From Pseudomonadota bacterium (GTDB taxonomy: Bacteria; Pseudomonadota; Gammaproteobacteria; Burkholderiales; JABEVD01): a stretch of DNA of 64,000 nt. The stretch is from assembly GCA_021806605.1 (NCBI GenBank), contig JAJZQY010000002.1:26900-90899 (forward strand), read 5' to 3'. Shown one piece after another: positions 10,758-21,188 of the stretch (positions within the stretch are counted from its first letter, which is position 1; every line of letters starts with the position of its first letter). The translations under genes were made by a program, and so were the position numbers. The notes beneath the pieces were generated by a model that was not told where the DNA came from, searched no databases, and was given only the letters and a program-made list of their open reading frames with translations.

Positions 10758-10785
10758 ATTTCGCATAATGTATATTATGTTAAAT
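10758..10785 (+). other. dif: dif site (XerCD chromosome dimer resolution)
   Basis: ATTTCGCATAA-TGTATA-TTATGTTAAAT; spacer and XerD arm match the E. coli dif, XerC arm differs only at its outer end. Confidence 0.93.
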
Positions 10786-10825
10786 AAGTGAAATGGCGAG
10801 ATTGCCGATTCGAAATGCCCCTTTC

Positions 10826-10868
10826 TTGACAACGACTCTCAGGCGGACTATTAATGATAATCGATCTA
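10826..10868 (+). promoter_or_regulatory. Sigma70-like promoter with overlapping Fur-like box
   Basis: TTGACA at 10826-10831; ATTAATGATAATCGATCTA (13/19 to the Fur consensus) just before RBS AGGAGG. Confidence 0.4.
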
Positions 10869-10882
10869 TTTAGGAGGATGAC

Positions 10883-11215
10883 ATGAGATACGCCCTGATT
10901 CTGGCCCTGCTGGTGCCGCAACTGGCTCTTGCGCAAGGCGCCATCACCATCCTGTCGCCCAAGGACGGCGCAACCCTTTCCAGCGGGATGGGGAACAAAC
11001 TCGAATACAACGTCAAACTGGGTCCGACAGGCAATCACCTGCATGTCTATGTCGACAACCAGGATCCTATCGTAGACCGCAACGTGAGCGGTTGCCCATG
11101 CAGCATCGATCTTCCCGACCTTTCCCCGGGCAAGCATTCCATCGTGGTCAAGGAAGCAACCGCCGGCCATGTTTTGACCGGTTTGCAATCCGGGGTGACG
11201 GTGACCGTCAAATAG
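10883..11215 (+). CDS. Small secreted hypothetical protein, putative metal binding
   Basis: RBS AGGAGG, signal peptide ending ALA-Q, GNHLHVYVD, GCPC, PGKHSI. Confidence 0.75.
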   Translation: MRYALILALLVPQLALAQGAITILSPKDGATLSSGMGNKLEYNVKLGPTGNHLHVYVDNQDPIVDRNVSGCPCSIDLPDLSPGKHSIVVKEATAGHVLTGLQSGVTVTVK

Positions 11216-12518
11216 CCGATTGCAGCAGGTCGCTGCGAGTCAGGGGAAGCGGCAACTCTCCCCTGATCTTTTTCGCTGCCAGGATTTGGTAGACGCCCAT
11301 GTAGCCGGATTCGAACTGCAGTGCGCAGCCTGCCATGTAGAGGCGCCAGACCCGGTAAACGGCTTCGGACGCGTGATGCAGCGCATCCTGATGCCTTGCT
11401 TCCAGCCTTTTTACCCATTCCCTCAGGGTGAGCGCATAATGCGGTCTCAGCGATTCGACGTCATGGATCTCGAAATGGCTTTTCTCCATTCGCCTCTGAA
11501 TGTTGCTCACCCAGTCGAGTTCGCCGTCCGGAAAGACGTATTTGGAGATGAAATCGGTTTCGACGCATTTGTTCCAGCCGTCTTCATCGTGCGTGATGCC
11601 GTGGTTCAGGAACAGGCCGCCTGGCTTCAACAGGCGATGCACTGTCGAAAAGTAGAGGGGAAGGTTCTTCAATCCGACATGCTCGAACATCCCCACGCTC
11701 GAGACCTTGTCGTAGATTTCCGTTCCATCGAGATCGCGGTAATCTTTCAATTCGACGCTGACCTGCCCTTCAAGGCCGTTTTCTCGTATTTTCCTGTTCG
11801 CATAATCGAACTGGTTGCGGCTCAAGGTGATGCCGTGGGCCCTGACGCCGTAATGCAGGGCGGCCCACTGGATGAGCGAGCCCCAGCCGCATCCGATGTC
11901 GAGCAAATTGTCGCCTTCCTTCAGTCTGAGCTTGCGGCAGATCAGATCGAGCTTGTTTTTTTGTGCAGCATCGAGCGATTCCATTTCATCAGTGAAGTAG
12001 GCACAGGAATAGATCATGCCCTCGTCGAGCCAGAGCCTGTAGAAATCGTTCGAAACGTCGTAGTGGAAGCCAATCGCCTCCCGGTTCATTTCCCGGCTGT
12101 GTTTTGGCGCGGATTGCGTCCAGTGCCACGACGACCAACCCGCAGATTCATGCGATTCTTCGCGCATCCTGAAGGCGGTAAACAGGAAAGCGATTTTTTC
12201 CTCGACGGAAAGGCTTACTGATTTGAGATAATCCTTCAGTTCGATCGCCGGGTAGATGCTTCCTTCGATGTCGACGCTTCCGTTGAAATAGGCTTCTGCC
12301 AGACGTATCGGGTCGGAATGAAGTATCAGGTCGCGAAAAGGTTTCATTCTCTTGAAAACCAAGGTGCAGTCCGGTGCTTTTTTTCCGAAGCGCATCGTGT
12401 CCCCGTTCCACAACCGGATTGCCAGGTTGTTGCCGTAGTCGCGGAAAATGCGTGCCAGAATCCTGCCGGCCCCCTCCTGTTCGGGCATGGGCAGATCCAC
12501 ATCCATATTCAAATCCAT
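11208..12518 (-). CDS. cfa: Cyclopropane-fatty-acyl-phospholipid synthase family methyltransferase
   Basis: HYDVSNDFY, YSCAYF, LLDIGCGWG, SVGMFEHVG, YVFPDG, WRLYM. Confidence 0.88.
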   Translation of the reverse strand: MDLNMDVDLPMPEQEGAGRILARIFRDYGNNLAIRLWNGDTMRFGKKAPDCTLVFKRMKPFRDLILHSDPIRLAEAYFNGSVDIEGSIYPAIELKDYLKSVSLSVEEKIAFLFTAFRMREESHESAGWSSWHWTQSAPKHSREMNREAIGFHYDVSNDFYRLWLDEGMIYSCAYFTDEMESLDAAQKNKLDLICRKLRLKEGDNLLDIGCGWGSLIQWAALHYGVRAHGITLSRNQFDYANRKIRENGLEGQVSVELKDYRDLDGTEIYDKVSSVGMFEHVGLKNLPLYFSTVHRLLKPGGLFLNHGITHDEDGWNKCVETDFISKYVFPDGELDWVSNIQRRMEKSHFEIHDVESLRPHYALTLREWVKRLEARHQDALHHASEAVYRVWRLYMAGCALQFESGYMGVYQILAAKKIRGELPLPLTRSDLLQSAI

Positions 12519-12588
12519 CGGCTATCCCTCCTTCTCTCTTTGTATAGCTGCAATCGGCCATAATTCAAGAAAGGAGCAGCCCTCAGAG

Positions 12589-13479
12589 TCAGCCCTTGAA
12601 AAGCCAGGCGCGGTGTATCTTCCTGTTACGGAAATCTTCCGGAACGGTCTGGCTGGAGATTTCACTGTAATCGAAGCCCGAGAGCGATTCCTCGTCCAGT
12701 TTGAAGCTTTTGAGGTTGTTGGAGAAAAAAAGCTCGCCTCCCGGGGCCAGCAGCTTCATGCAGCTACGGATCATTTCCCCGTGATCGCGCTGCACGTCGA
12801 AAGTGCCGGTCATTTTCTTGGAATTGGAAAAAGTGGGTGGATCTAGCACGATGAGGTCGTACTTGCTCCTGCATTCTTCTAGAAAGACATTAACATCAAT
12901 TCTTATGTTATTGTTATTAAATATACCGTTTAGATCGAAGTTCCTTTTTGCCCATTCGAGATAGGTATTCGACAGGTCGACTGTGGTGGTGGAAATCGCG
13001 CCGCCTTTTGCTGCGTACACGGTGAAGCTCCCCGTATAGGCGAAAAGATTGAGAAAGCGCCTGCCTCGCGCCCTTTCTCCGACCATTTTCCGCATGTTGC
13101 GGTGATCGAGGAAAAGCCCGGTATCGAGATAGGCATCAAGGTTGACGATGAATCGGTATCCGTTTTCGGAAACGACGAAATCACTTCCTATCCTGCCGGT
13201 TTTCTCGTATTGCGAGTCGCCCTTCTGTCCTTCGCGCTTCTTGAGATGGATTGCTTCCATGGGCAATTCCAGCGCCTCTGCAACAGCTTTCACCGTTTCC
13301 TTTGAAAGCTCACCGGAGAGGGCCTGGAGATGGATTTTTCCCTCGTAATAGTCGACCACGAACGGAAACTCCGGGATGTCGCGGTCGTAAAGCCTGTAGC
13401 AGGATATACCTCGCCGCCTTCCCCATTTCGCCAGGTGCTTCGCATTCTTGCGCAGCCTGTTTGCGAACATTTCGGCCAC
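12589..13479 (-). CDS. rRNA SAM-methyltransferase (RlmK/RlmI-like, stand-alone RlmKL C-terminal half)
   Basis: FANRLRKN, YRLYDRDIPE, YLDTGLFLDHR, FLNLFAYTG, DPPTFSNSK. Confidence 0.85.
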   Translation of the reverse strand: MAEMFANRLRKNAKHLAKWGRRRGISCYRLYDRDIPEFPFVVDYYEGKIHLQALSGELSKETVKAVAEALELPMEAIHLKKREGQKGDSQYEKTGRIGSDFVVSENGYRFIVNLDAYLDTGLFLDHRNMRKMVGERARGRRFLNLFAYTGSFTVYAAKGGAISTTTVDLSNTYLEWAKRNFDLNGIFNNNNIRIDVNVFLEECRSKYDLIVLDPPTFSNSKKMTGTFDVQRDHGEMIRSCMKLLAPGGELFFSNNLKSFKLDEESLSGFDYSEISSQTVPEDFRNRKIHRAWLFKG

Positions 13480-13482
13480 GAC

Positions 13483-15375
13483 TCAGCCCTTTTGCGCTTC
13501 GAGTTCTTCCCATCTGGAAAGAACGGCAAGTATTTCTGATTCGATCTCGCTGAAGCGCTGTTGAAGCGCCGCAATTTGTTCCGATGGCTGGCTGTAGAGA
13601 TCGGGGTCGGAAAGTCTGGCTTCGAGTGCCTTCTGCTCGGCTTCCAGTTTTTCTATTTTCCCCGGAATGGACTCCAGTTCCCTGATTTCGTTGAACCCCG
13701 GTTTCTTCTGCTTGTTGCCGGGCAATGGGGGCTTTGGACTCTTTTCTCCGGCAGATATGGGCTGCCCCCTGACGGCATGCTTTTGCCGCACCCAGTCTTC
13801 ATACCCTCCGACATACTCCCGCCATTTTCCCGATCCTTCGGAAGCGATCACCTGGGTCACGACATTGTCCAGGAAAGCCCGATCATGGCTCACCAGAAAA
13901 AGGGTACCGGAATAGTCGAGAAGCAGCGATTCCAGCAATTCCAGGGTTTCGATGTCGAGATCGTTGGTGGGTTCATCCAGAACGAGGACATTGACCGGGC
14001 GCGTGAAAAGCCTTGCGAGCAGCAGCCTGTTCCGTTCCCCGCCGGAGAGGCTTTTCACGGGCGAGCGGGCGCGCTCCGGCGAGAAGAGAAAATCGCCCAG
14101 ATAGCTGATGACATGCTTTTTCTCGCCGTTTATCTCGATGAAGTCGCTTCCCTGGCTGATGGTGTCGGCGAGGCTTGCATCCATATCAAGCCGTTCGCGC
14201 AACTGGTCGAAATAGGCAATCTCGAGCTTGGTGCCGAGACGGATGCTTCCTGAATCGGGCTCGATTTCCCCCAGGATCAGCTTGAGTAGCGTGCTTTTTC
14301 CAGCGCCGTTGGGTCCGAGCAGCCCGATCTTGTCGCCGCGCATGATTCTGCAGGAAAAGTCATCGATGACCCTGAGATTGCCGAAGGATTTCGAAACATG
14401 CTCCAGTTCGGCGACCAGCTTCCCCGATTTTTCGCCTTCTTCGAGATTGAAGCTGACCTTGCCCTGGACTTCCCTGCGCTTCGACCGCTCTATCCGGAGC
14501 GCTTCGAGCCGCCTCACCCTGCCCTCGTTCCTTGTTCTTCTGGCCTGTATTCCCTTTCTGATCCAGACTTCTTCCTGTGCCAGGATCTTGTCGAATTTTT
14601 GCCCGTGGATTTCCTCCACTTCGAGCATCTCGGCTTTCTTCATCTGGTACTTCGAGAAATTGCCCTCGAAGCTTGCGAGCTTGCCCCGGTCCAGTTCGAC
14701 TATCCGGGTTGAGACATTGTCCAGGAAGCGTCGGTCGTGCGTGATGAAGAAAACGCTTCCCGTGAAGGCCGTGATGAATTCCTCAAGCCATTCTATGGAT
14801 GAGAAATCGAGATGATTGGTGGGTTCATCTAGGAACAGGATATCCGGCTGGGAAACAAGCGCACGCGCGAGTGCGACCCGCTTCTTCTGCCCGCCTGAAA
14901 GGGAAGAAAGTCGTGCGTCTTCAGGAAGATCGAGTCGCCTGATCGCGGTTTCGACGTGGGACTGAACAATCCAGCCATCTTCTGCTTCAAGCTTCGTTTG
15001 CACTTCGTGGAGTTGTTCCAGCAGGAGATCGGTGTCCCCTTCCCCGCTTGCCAGCTGATGCGACAGGGCATGATAGTCGATCAGCGTCTGCCTCACCTCC
15101 CCCAGTCCCTTGGCAACTTCTTCGAAGACGCTGCTTTCCGAGTCGAATGCCGGCTCCTGGTCGACCGCGGCCATTTTGAGTCCTGGGGCATGCCATACCC
15201 GCCCGTCATCGAGTTGCATCGATTTCGAGAGAACCTTGAACAGGGTGGATTTCCCCGCGCCGTTCCTGCCGATCAGCCCCACTCTTTCCCCGGGTTCGAG
15301 AATCAGCTCGGCAGCATCGAGGAGCGCATAGTGCCCGAAGGCGAGAGAAGCTTTTTCCAGCGTAATGAGCGGCAT
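13483..15375 (-). CDS. uup: ABC-F ATPase Uup
   Basis: Two ABC cassettes (GRNGAGKST, GPNGAGKST), linker EEVWIRKGIQARRTRNEGR, C-terminal coiled coil. Confidence 0.92.
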   Translation of the reverse strand: MPLITLEKASLAFGHYALLDAAELILEPGERVGLIGRNGAGKSTLFKVLSKSMQLDDGRVWHAPGLKMAAVDQEPAFDSESSVFEEVAKGLGEVRQTLIDYHALSHQLASGEGDTDLLLEQLHEVQTKLEAEDGWIVQSHVETAIRRLDLPEDARLSSLSGGQKKRVALARALVSQPDILFLDEPTNHLDFSSIEWLEEFITAFTGSVFFITHDRRFLDNVSTRIVELDRGKLASFEGNFSKYQMKKAEMLEVEEIHGQKFDKILAQEEVWIRKGIQARRTRNEGRVRRLEALRIERSKRREVQGKVSFNLEEGEKSGKLVAELEHVSKSFGNLRVIDDFSCRIMRGDKIGLLGPNGAGKSTLLKLILGEIEPDSGSIRLGTKLEIAYFDQLRERLDMDASLADTISQGSDFIEINGEKKHVISYLGDFLFSPERARSPVKSLSGGERNRLLLARLFTRPVNVLVLDEPTNDLDIETLELLESLLLDYSGTLFLVSHDRAFLDNVVTQVIASEGSGKWREYVGGYEDWVRQKHAVRGQPISAGEKSPKPPLPGNKQKKPGFNEIRELESIPGKIEKLEAEQKALEARLSDPDLYSQPSEQIAALQQRFSEIESEILAVLSRWEELEAQKG

Positions 15376-15914
15376 TATTTTGCGGACAGCCTCTTCAGAT
15401 CGTTCAACACGTCATTGACATGGGCATAAACCTGCACCTTGTCGTAAACCTTCACCAAATGTCCTTGGGGGTCGATCAGGAAGGTATCGCGCTTGGCGAT
15501 CTTGAACAGCACGAGATGCATCAGCACGCCGTATGCTTCGGCGACTTTTCCCGAAGTGTCGGAAAGCAGCGGGAACGGAAGGTGGTTCTTTGCTGCAAAT
15601 TTCGCGTGGCTGGCGGCATTGTCCAGACTGATGCCGACGACATTTGCGCCTGCTGCCGTGATTTTGGCGAAATCGTCCCTGAAGGCGCAGGCTTCCTTGG
15701 TACAGTAGGGAGTGTCGTCCTTGGGATAGAAATAAAGCACCAGCCATTTTCCCCGGTAGTCCGCAAGCTTGTGCATTTTTCCGTTCTGGTCGGGTAGGTC
15801 GAATCCGGGGGCAACCTGTCCCGGCTTTGGCATGCCTCCAGTTTTGTCCACTTGATACCAGAAATATGCCGCCAGGGCAGCCATCATGGCGACAAAAATA
15901 ATGAACCACTTCAT
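15375..15914 (-). CDS. bcp: Peroxiredoxin BCP/PrxQ with N-terminal membrane anchor
   Basis: YFYPKDDTPYCTKEAC, FPLLSD, RDTFLID; ATG at 15914. Confidence 0.85.
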   Translation of the reverse strand: MKWFIIFVAMMAALAAYFWYQVDKTGGMPKPGQVAPGFDLPDQNGKMHKLADYRGKWLVLYFYPKDDTPYCTKEACAFRDDFAKITAAGANVVGISLDNAASHAKFAAKNHLPFPLLSDTSGKVAEAYGVLMHLVLFKIAKRDTFLIDPQGHLVKVYDKVQVYAHVNDVLNDLKRLSAK

Positions 15915-15969
15915 TCGTTGCTCCAGATTCGAAGGAGGAAATGATACCACGTAAGGCAGCCGGAACGGC

Positions 15970-16602
15970 TCAGAATTCCCGCTTGAGGCCGAACGAGAAT
16001 CCGCCGGGCAGAATCTGCAGGGTGAATGATTTCTGCCTCGAATGGGCGTAATAGCCCGAGACCGTGCCCAGGGCAAAGCCTCCCAGGACATCGCTCTGCC
16101 AGTGCGCCTGGACCTTCATGCGTGCGACCATGTCGTACGCGGGAAGCGCTTCGAGAGCGTAGATCCAGGGCGTGTCCTGTCTGTATTCGAGAACGAAGGG
16201 CGTGACGAGCGCGCTCATTGCCGCGACTTCTCCGCTCGGAAAGCTATAGTGCCCGCTTCCCTGGAAAAACTGGTTGGGATCATTGGTCTGGGTCGGTCTG
16301 GAGCGAGTGAAAACAGCCTTCATGACGGCGGCGGAGCCTGAAGCCAGGACGGTCGAATCGACGGATTGCCAGAGCGTCTTGCCCAGTCTCGACTGGTCCC
16401 CTTCCCAAAGCGCTCCGGCGACATCCCCTGCCACCATCAGGGAAAGCAGGTTCTTCTGGATCTGGCGCCTGTAGATGCCGCTGTCATCGTAGCTCCATCT
16501 GTGGTCTATGCCGAGCGGACCGCCTCCTGCGGATGCGCTTTCTGCAATCATGGCAAAAAGCAGGAAAGCTGGCGTTTTTGCGCTTCGCACGGCACTTGGC
16601 AT
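15970..16602 (-). CDS. PAP2-family phosphatase, exported
   Basis: K...RSRP, SFPSG, R...HWQSDV motifs; signal peptide. Confidence 0.8.
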   Translation of the reverse strand: MPSAVRSAKTPAFLLFAMIAESASAGGGPLGIDHRWSYDDSGIYRRQIQKNLLSLMVAGDVAGALWEGDQSRLGKTLWQSVDSTVLASGSAAVMKAVFTRSRPTQTNDPNQFFQGSGHYSFPSGEVAAMSALVTPFVLEYRQDTPWIYALEALPAYDMVARMKVQAHWQSDVLGGFALGTVSGYYAHSRQKSFTLQILPGGFSFGLKREF

Positions 16603-16667
16603 GACAAGTCCTCCAAACCGGATTTATCAATCGCGCAATTTTGCTGTAAAATTGCGCTAATCGGAAA

Positions 16668-16742
16668 GCCTTCGTAGTTAAATGGATATAACGGGCCCCT
16701 CCTAAGGGCCAGTTACAGGTTCGATTCCTGTCGAGGGTACCA
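16668..16742 (+). tRNA. tRNA-Arg (CCT)
   Basis: Cloverleaf: GCCTTCG/CGAGGGT acceptor, anticodon arm GGCCC-CT-CCT-AA-GGGCC, T loop TTCGATT, encoded CCA. Confidence 0.95.
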
Positions 16743-16878
16743 CCCCCGTTTCAAGATAGTATTCCGTTCGGAAGAGATCAAACTGCATGCCCACGCCATG
16801 CTGATTCAGAAATTGCATTGACCATATGCAACTTCAGAAGGTAAAGTGGATTCCTGCAATTCACGCTGGCCCCGATCC

Positions 16879-17154
16879 ATGGACAAAGAAGACTTGAGCA
16901 AGGAACAACGCATCCTGCGCCTGATGCGCAAGACCCTGGGCAACGTCGTCAAGGATGTGACGCCGCGCGGCGGTCGAGCCAACCCGCTTTCGGACAACAC
17001 CATCCTGGATATCAGGGATTGTTTTGCCCTGATTTCGGAGCGCGAAAGAGAACTGGCCGAAGCGCTCGATTTCGATCGGGAAAGGCCCTATTTCGCAGAC
17101 GGCGAAGCGCCGAATGCGAAAGTGATCAGCATCGTCAAGCCGCCCAAAAAATAG
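16879..17154 (+). CDS. Conserved small hypothetical protein
   Basis: SKEQRILRLMRKTLGNVVKDVTP...DIRDCFALISERERELAE; coherent codon usage. Confidence 0.7.
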   Translation: MDKEDLSKEQRILRLMRKTLGNVVKDVTPRGGRANPLSDNTILDIRDCFALISERERELAEALDFDRERPYFADGEAPNAKVISIVKPPKK

Positions 17155-17261
17155 TCAGGGTGATGAATTAAAGGTGAGCAACCCGTTTTTCCGTTTGTTG
17201 TGCGTATGGATCGACGAAGGATGAACGAGCAGATAGCTCAAGAATGCATGGTGTAATCATC

Positions 17262-17588
17262 ATGGCCCGTCTCAAGCATTATCACGTCTACGTAATCGAA
17301 CTGTCGAAAGACGTCCTTCTCGAAGGCCGATTCAAGCGCTGCAATCCAGGCTACGTTCCGGGCAGGCCCTGCGTGTATGTCGGCATGACCGGCCTCGACC
17401 CCGACCTGCGCTTCGACAGGCACAAGGCAGGCATCCAGTCCAACCGCTACGTCAGGGAATACGGCTTGCGGCTATTGCCCGACTTGTACGAGGGATTCAA
17501 CCCGATGGCGCATGATGAAGCTTGCGAAAGGGAGGTCGAAATCGGCATCGACCTGCGGGGCGCAGGATTCGGCGTCTGGCAGGGCTGA
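17262..17588 (+). CDS. Stand-alone GIY-YIG-like protein
   Basis: HVYVIEL...VYVGMT...RFDRH...EREVE pattern. Confidence 0.65.
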   Translation: MARLKHYHVYVIELSKDVLLEGRFKRCNPGYVPGRPCVYVGMTGLDPDLRFDRHKAGIQSNRYVREYGLRLLPDLYEGFNPMAHDEACEREVEIGIDLRGAGFGVWQG

Positions 17589-17691
17589 GCGCATTTACGG
17601 CGGGTTGCCAATCCACGAGGACTGCGGCAAACTTCCGGGGCTGCATCTGGCAGCTGGCGCAATTGGACAAATCAACCAGCAAGCAACTGAA

Positions 17692-20211
17692 TTGGAAAAC
17701 ACAGGCAACCACACCCCGATGATGCAGCAGTATCTGCGCATCAAATCTGGCCACCCCGACATGCTGCTGTTCTACCGGATGGGGGATTTCTACGAGCTGT
17801 TCTTCGAGGATGCCGAAAAAGCGGCGAAGCTTCTCGATATCACCCTCACCCGCCGCGGCACCTCCAACGGCGAGCCGATCAAGATGGCAGGCGTCCCCTA
17901 CCATGCAGCGGAGCAATACCTCGCGAGGCTGGTCAGAATGGGCGAGTCGGTCGCGATCTGCGAGCAGATCGGGGACCCGGCGACAAGCCGCGGCCCCGTC
18001 GAACGCAAGGTCACTCGCATCATTACCCCGGGAACCCTCACCGATTCAGCCCTCATGGAAGAGCATCGGGACAGTTTGCTGCTCGCTTTCTGTTTTTCCG
18101 AAAAAAAACTGGGGCTCGCCTGGCTCAACCTCGCCGCCGGTCGCTTCAGCATTCTCGAAACGGAGCGGTCGAACCTGCAGAGCGAACTCGAAAGACTCAA
18201 GCCCTCTGAAATCCTGATCCCGGAAGATGCCGATTTCGACGACCCGCGATTTTGCACGAGGCGTCTGCCAAACTGGCATTTCGAATTCGACTCCGCATCG
18301 AGAAGCCTCTCCAGGCAATTCGAAACCCGCGATCTGGCAGGTTTCGGCTGTGAAGGCCATATCCCCTCTATACAGGCGGCGGGCGCCCTGCTCGATTATG
18401 CGAGGCTGACCCAGGGGAGCGATCTCAATCATGTGAAGGAACTGAAAGTCGAGCGCATCGATGCCTTCCTCAACATGGACGCTGCGACGAGACGCAACCT
18501 GGAAATCACCGAAACCCTCAGGGGGGAGCCTGCTCCCACCCTGCATGCGCTCATGGATGTCTGCGCGACGAACATGGGAAGCCGCCTGCTGCGCCACTGG
18601 CTGCATCACCCCCTCAAGAACAGATCGCTGATCGAGCAGCGGCTTGCTGCGGTATCCGGTCTGCAGACGGATTGCAGGTCCGTCCTGAAGCTGCTCAAGG
18701 GGTGCGCCGACATGGAGCGCATCACCACCCGCATCGCCCTGAAAAGCGCAAGGCCCAGGGATCTTTCAGGCCTGAGAGACAGCCTTGCGCTCATGCCTTC
18801 ACTCGCCGCCATGCTGGAACAGCAGGAAGCGCTGCGCCTCAGGGAGCTCGCGTCCCTGCTCGACGTGCCGCAGCACCTGCTGTTTCTGCTGAAGAGCGCG
18901 CTCCAGGACGAGCCCTCCGCGGTATTGCGGGAAGGGGGCGTGATCCGGGACGGTTTTGATGCGGAACTCGACGAACTTCGCGCTATCCAGAACAATTGCG
19001 GAGAATTCCTGCTCGAACTCGAGACCCGCGAGAGACAGCGGACCGGGATCGCGACGCTGAAAGTCGAATACAACAGGGTTCACGGTTTCTACATCGAAGT
19101 GTCCATGGCGCAATCGGCCAACGTTCCGGACGATTACAGGCGACGCCAGACGCTCAAGAATGCGGAGCGCTACATCACCCCCGAGCTCAAGGCTTTCGAA
19201 GACCGGGCGCTTTCCGCTCAGGACAAGGCTCTGGCGACCGAAAAGCGGCTTTATGAGGAACTGCTGGAAAAGCTGCTCCCCTTCGTCCAAACATTGCAGC
19301 GTATCGGGAGCGCGGCAGCGGAAACCGATGTCCTCGCCGCATTTTCGGAGCGCGCGCTGGACCTCGGTTTCGTCGAGCCGGTATTCTGCGATCAACCTTC
19401 GGTCAGGATAGAAGGCGGGAGGCATCCCGTCGTGGAAAGCCAGATCGACAGTTTCATCGAGAATGACGCGTGGCTCGACGCATCCAGAAGGATGCTGCTC
19501 ATCACGGGGCCGAACATGGGCGGAAAATCGACTTACATGAGGCAAGTCGCGCTGATCGCCCTGCTCGCTCATGCTGGATCCTTCGTGCCTGCAAGAAGCG
19601 CGCATCTCGGCGTGCTAGACCGGATTTTCACTCGCATCGGCGCCTCCGACGATATTGCCGGAGGGCGCTCCACCTTCATGGTCGAAATGACCGAAGCTGC
19701 GAACATTCTCAACAACGCCACGGAATCGAGCCTTGTGCTGATGGACGAGGTCGGGAGGGGGACATCGACTTTCGACGGCCTGGCGCTGGCCTGGTCGATC
19801 GCAAGGCATTTGCTGGAAAAAAACCGTGCCCTTTCATTGTTCGCCACGCACTATTTCGAACTGACCCAGCTCGAAACGGAATATCCCCAGGCGATCAACG
19901 TGCACCTTGCCGCAGTGGAACACCAGCATCACATCGTTTTTCTGCACAGCGTGAATCAGGGGCCTGCAAGCCAGAGCTACGGCCTTCAGGTGGCGGCGCT
20001 CGCAGGCATCCCGGGCAGCGTGATCAGGGCTGCAAAAAAATATCTCATGAATCTGGAAGAGCGGGTTGCGGAAAGACAGGGGGACCTCTTCTCGCACAAG
20101 GCACCCGAAGCTGAACCCCACCCTGCCCTGCGCCTCCTCGAGGAGACCGATGTCGACGGCCTCAGTCCGCGGCAGGCGCTGGATTTGCTTTATGAGATGA
20201 AAAAGCTATAG
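17692..20211 (+). CDS. mutS: DNA mismatch repair protein MutS
   Basis: [42 protein letters not shown]; exact start uncertain. Confidence 0.96.
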   Translation: MENTGNHTPMMQQYLRIKSGHPDMLLFYRMGDFYELFFEDAEKAAKLLDITLTRRGTSNGEPIKMAGVPYHAAEQYLARLVRMGESVAICEQIGDPATSRGPVERKVTRIITPGTLTDSALMEEHRDSLLLAFCFSEKKLGLAWLNLAAGRFSILETERSNLQSELERLKPSEILIPEDADFDDPRFCTRRLPNWHFEFDSASRSLSRQFETRDLAGFGCEGHIPSIQAAGALLDYARLTQGSDLNHVKELKVERIDAFLNMDAATRRNLEITETLRGEPAPTLHALMDVCATNMGSRLLRHWLHHPLKNRSLIEQRLAAVSGLQTDCRSVLKLLKGCADMERITTRIALKSARPRDLSGLRDSLALMPSLAAMLEQQEALRLRELASLLDVPQHLLFLLKSALQDEPSAVLREGGVIRDGFDAELDELRAIQNNCGEFLLELETRERQRTGIATLKVEYNRVHGFYIEVSMAQSANVPDDYRRRQTLKNAERYITPELKAFEDRALSAQDKALATEKRLYEELLEKLLPFVQTLQRIGSAAAETDVLAAFSERALDLGFVEPVFCDQPSVRIEGGRHPVVESQIDSFIENDAWLDASRRMLLITGPNMGGKSTYMRQVALIALLAHAGSFVPARSAHLGVLDRIFTRIGASDDIAGGRSTFMVEMTEAANILNNATESSLVLMDEVGRGTSTFDGLALAWSIARHLLEKNRALSLFATHYFELTQLETEYPQAINVHLAAVEHQHHIVFLHSVNQGPASQSYGLQVAALAGIPGSVIRAAKKYLMNLEERVAERQGDLFSHKAPEAEPHPALRLLEETDVDGLSPRQALDLLYEMKKL

Positions 20212-21120
20212 CAGCATTTCCTTGTGGATGCCGTTGCTGGCGAAACGCTTCCTGAGTTGCTGCAACGCTTCGATCTGGATCTGCCTGATCCTCTCCCTGG
20301 TGAGTCCCATGCATTTCGCAAGTTGCTCCAGCGTCATGGTTTCTTCCCCGTTGAAGCCGTAGCGCTTCTCGATCACTTCTCTTTGCTTGACACTGAGATC
20401 CTCTATCCATTCCACCACGATTTTCTGCATTTCGGCCTGCTCCAGCATCTTGTCCGGTGGGAGATTCTGCTCGTCCTGAATTGATTCGCCGATGGATAGC
20501 ATGGGATCGATGTCGAGCGGCGCATCCAGGGAAACCATCCGTTCGTTCTGGCGCAGCGTCCACCTGACGGTTTCGACAGGAATGTTGAGGCGGGCTGCGG
20601 CATTTTCGGCATTGTTTTCGACGTCCTCGTCGTTTTCCATGTTCCGCATCACCTTCAGTATGGCATTGAGCTCCTTGACGACATGCACCGGCAGCCTGAT
20701 GGTGCGGGACTGGTTCATGATGGCGCGCTCGATGTTCTGCCTGATCCACCAGGTCGCATAGGTGGAAAAGCGAAACCCCAGCTCGGGATCGAATTTTTCC
20801 AGCGCATGGATCAGCCCGAGATTGCCTTCCTCGATCAGGTCGAGCAAGGTGACGCCGCGATTGGCATAGCGCTTGGCGATGTTGACGACGAGCCGCAGGT
20901 TGTGCTCGATCATCGTCTGCCTGGCGTCGAAATCGCCCCGCTTGACGAGACGCGACAAATGTCTTTCCTGCTCCACGGTCAGGAGCGCCCGCTGCCCAAT
21001 TTCATTGAAATAAATCTGCGTGACATCGTATACCATATCGTCCGCGCAGAAGTCCGTCTGTTCCTCATCCATGGGAAGGCTTGCGCCATGAGTGAATTCG
21101 TCTTCGATGTAGGTGTTCAT
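20206..21120 (-). CDS. rpoS: RNA polymerase sigma factor RpoS
   Basis: [83 protein letters not shown]. Confidence 0.9.
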   Translation of the reverse strand: MNTYIEDEFTHGASLPMDEEQTDFCADDMVYDVTQIYFNEIGQRALLTVEQERHLSRLVKRGDFDARQTMIEHNLRLVVNIAKRYANRGVTLLDLIEEGNLGLIHALEKFDPELGFRFSTYATWWIRQNIERAIMNQSRTIRLPVHVVKELNAILKVMRNMENDEDVENNAENAAARLNIPVETVRWTLRQNERMVSLDAPLDIDPMLSIGESIQDEQNLPPDKMLEQAEMQKIVVEWIEDLSVKQREVIEKRYGFNGEETMTLEQLAKCMGLTRERIRQIQIEALQQLRKRFASNGIHKEMLL

Positions 21121-21148
21121 GACGCGCTCTCCTTTTCGCTTTCAGAAA

Positions 21149-21188
21149 TAATCAAAATCTATCTGTACGCATTCAACGATTTTGATTA
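21149..21188. repeat. Perfect 11-bp inverted repeat upstream of rpoS
   Basis: TAATCAAAATC-N18-GATTTTGATTA. Confidence 0.7.

Noticed and set aside
12888-12915. Second dif-like site (TTATGTTA)
   Set aside because: Arm spacing is 4 rather than 6 nt, the XerC arm is absent, and it is intragenic
16743-17600. Genomic island or prophage at tRNA-Arg
   Set aside because: No integrase, att duplication or phage genes
17512-17691. N-terminal extensions of MutS in the ORF track (likewise for BtuB, MltG, FabG, KdsA and the TsdA fusion)
   Set aside because: Longest-ORF artefacts overlapping upstream genes or leaders; better starts lie downstream
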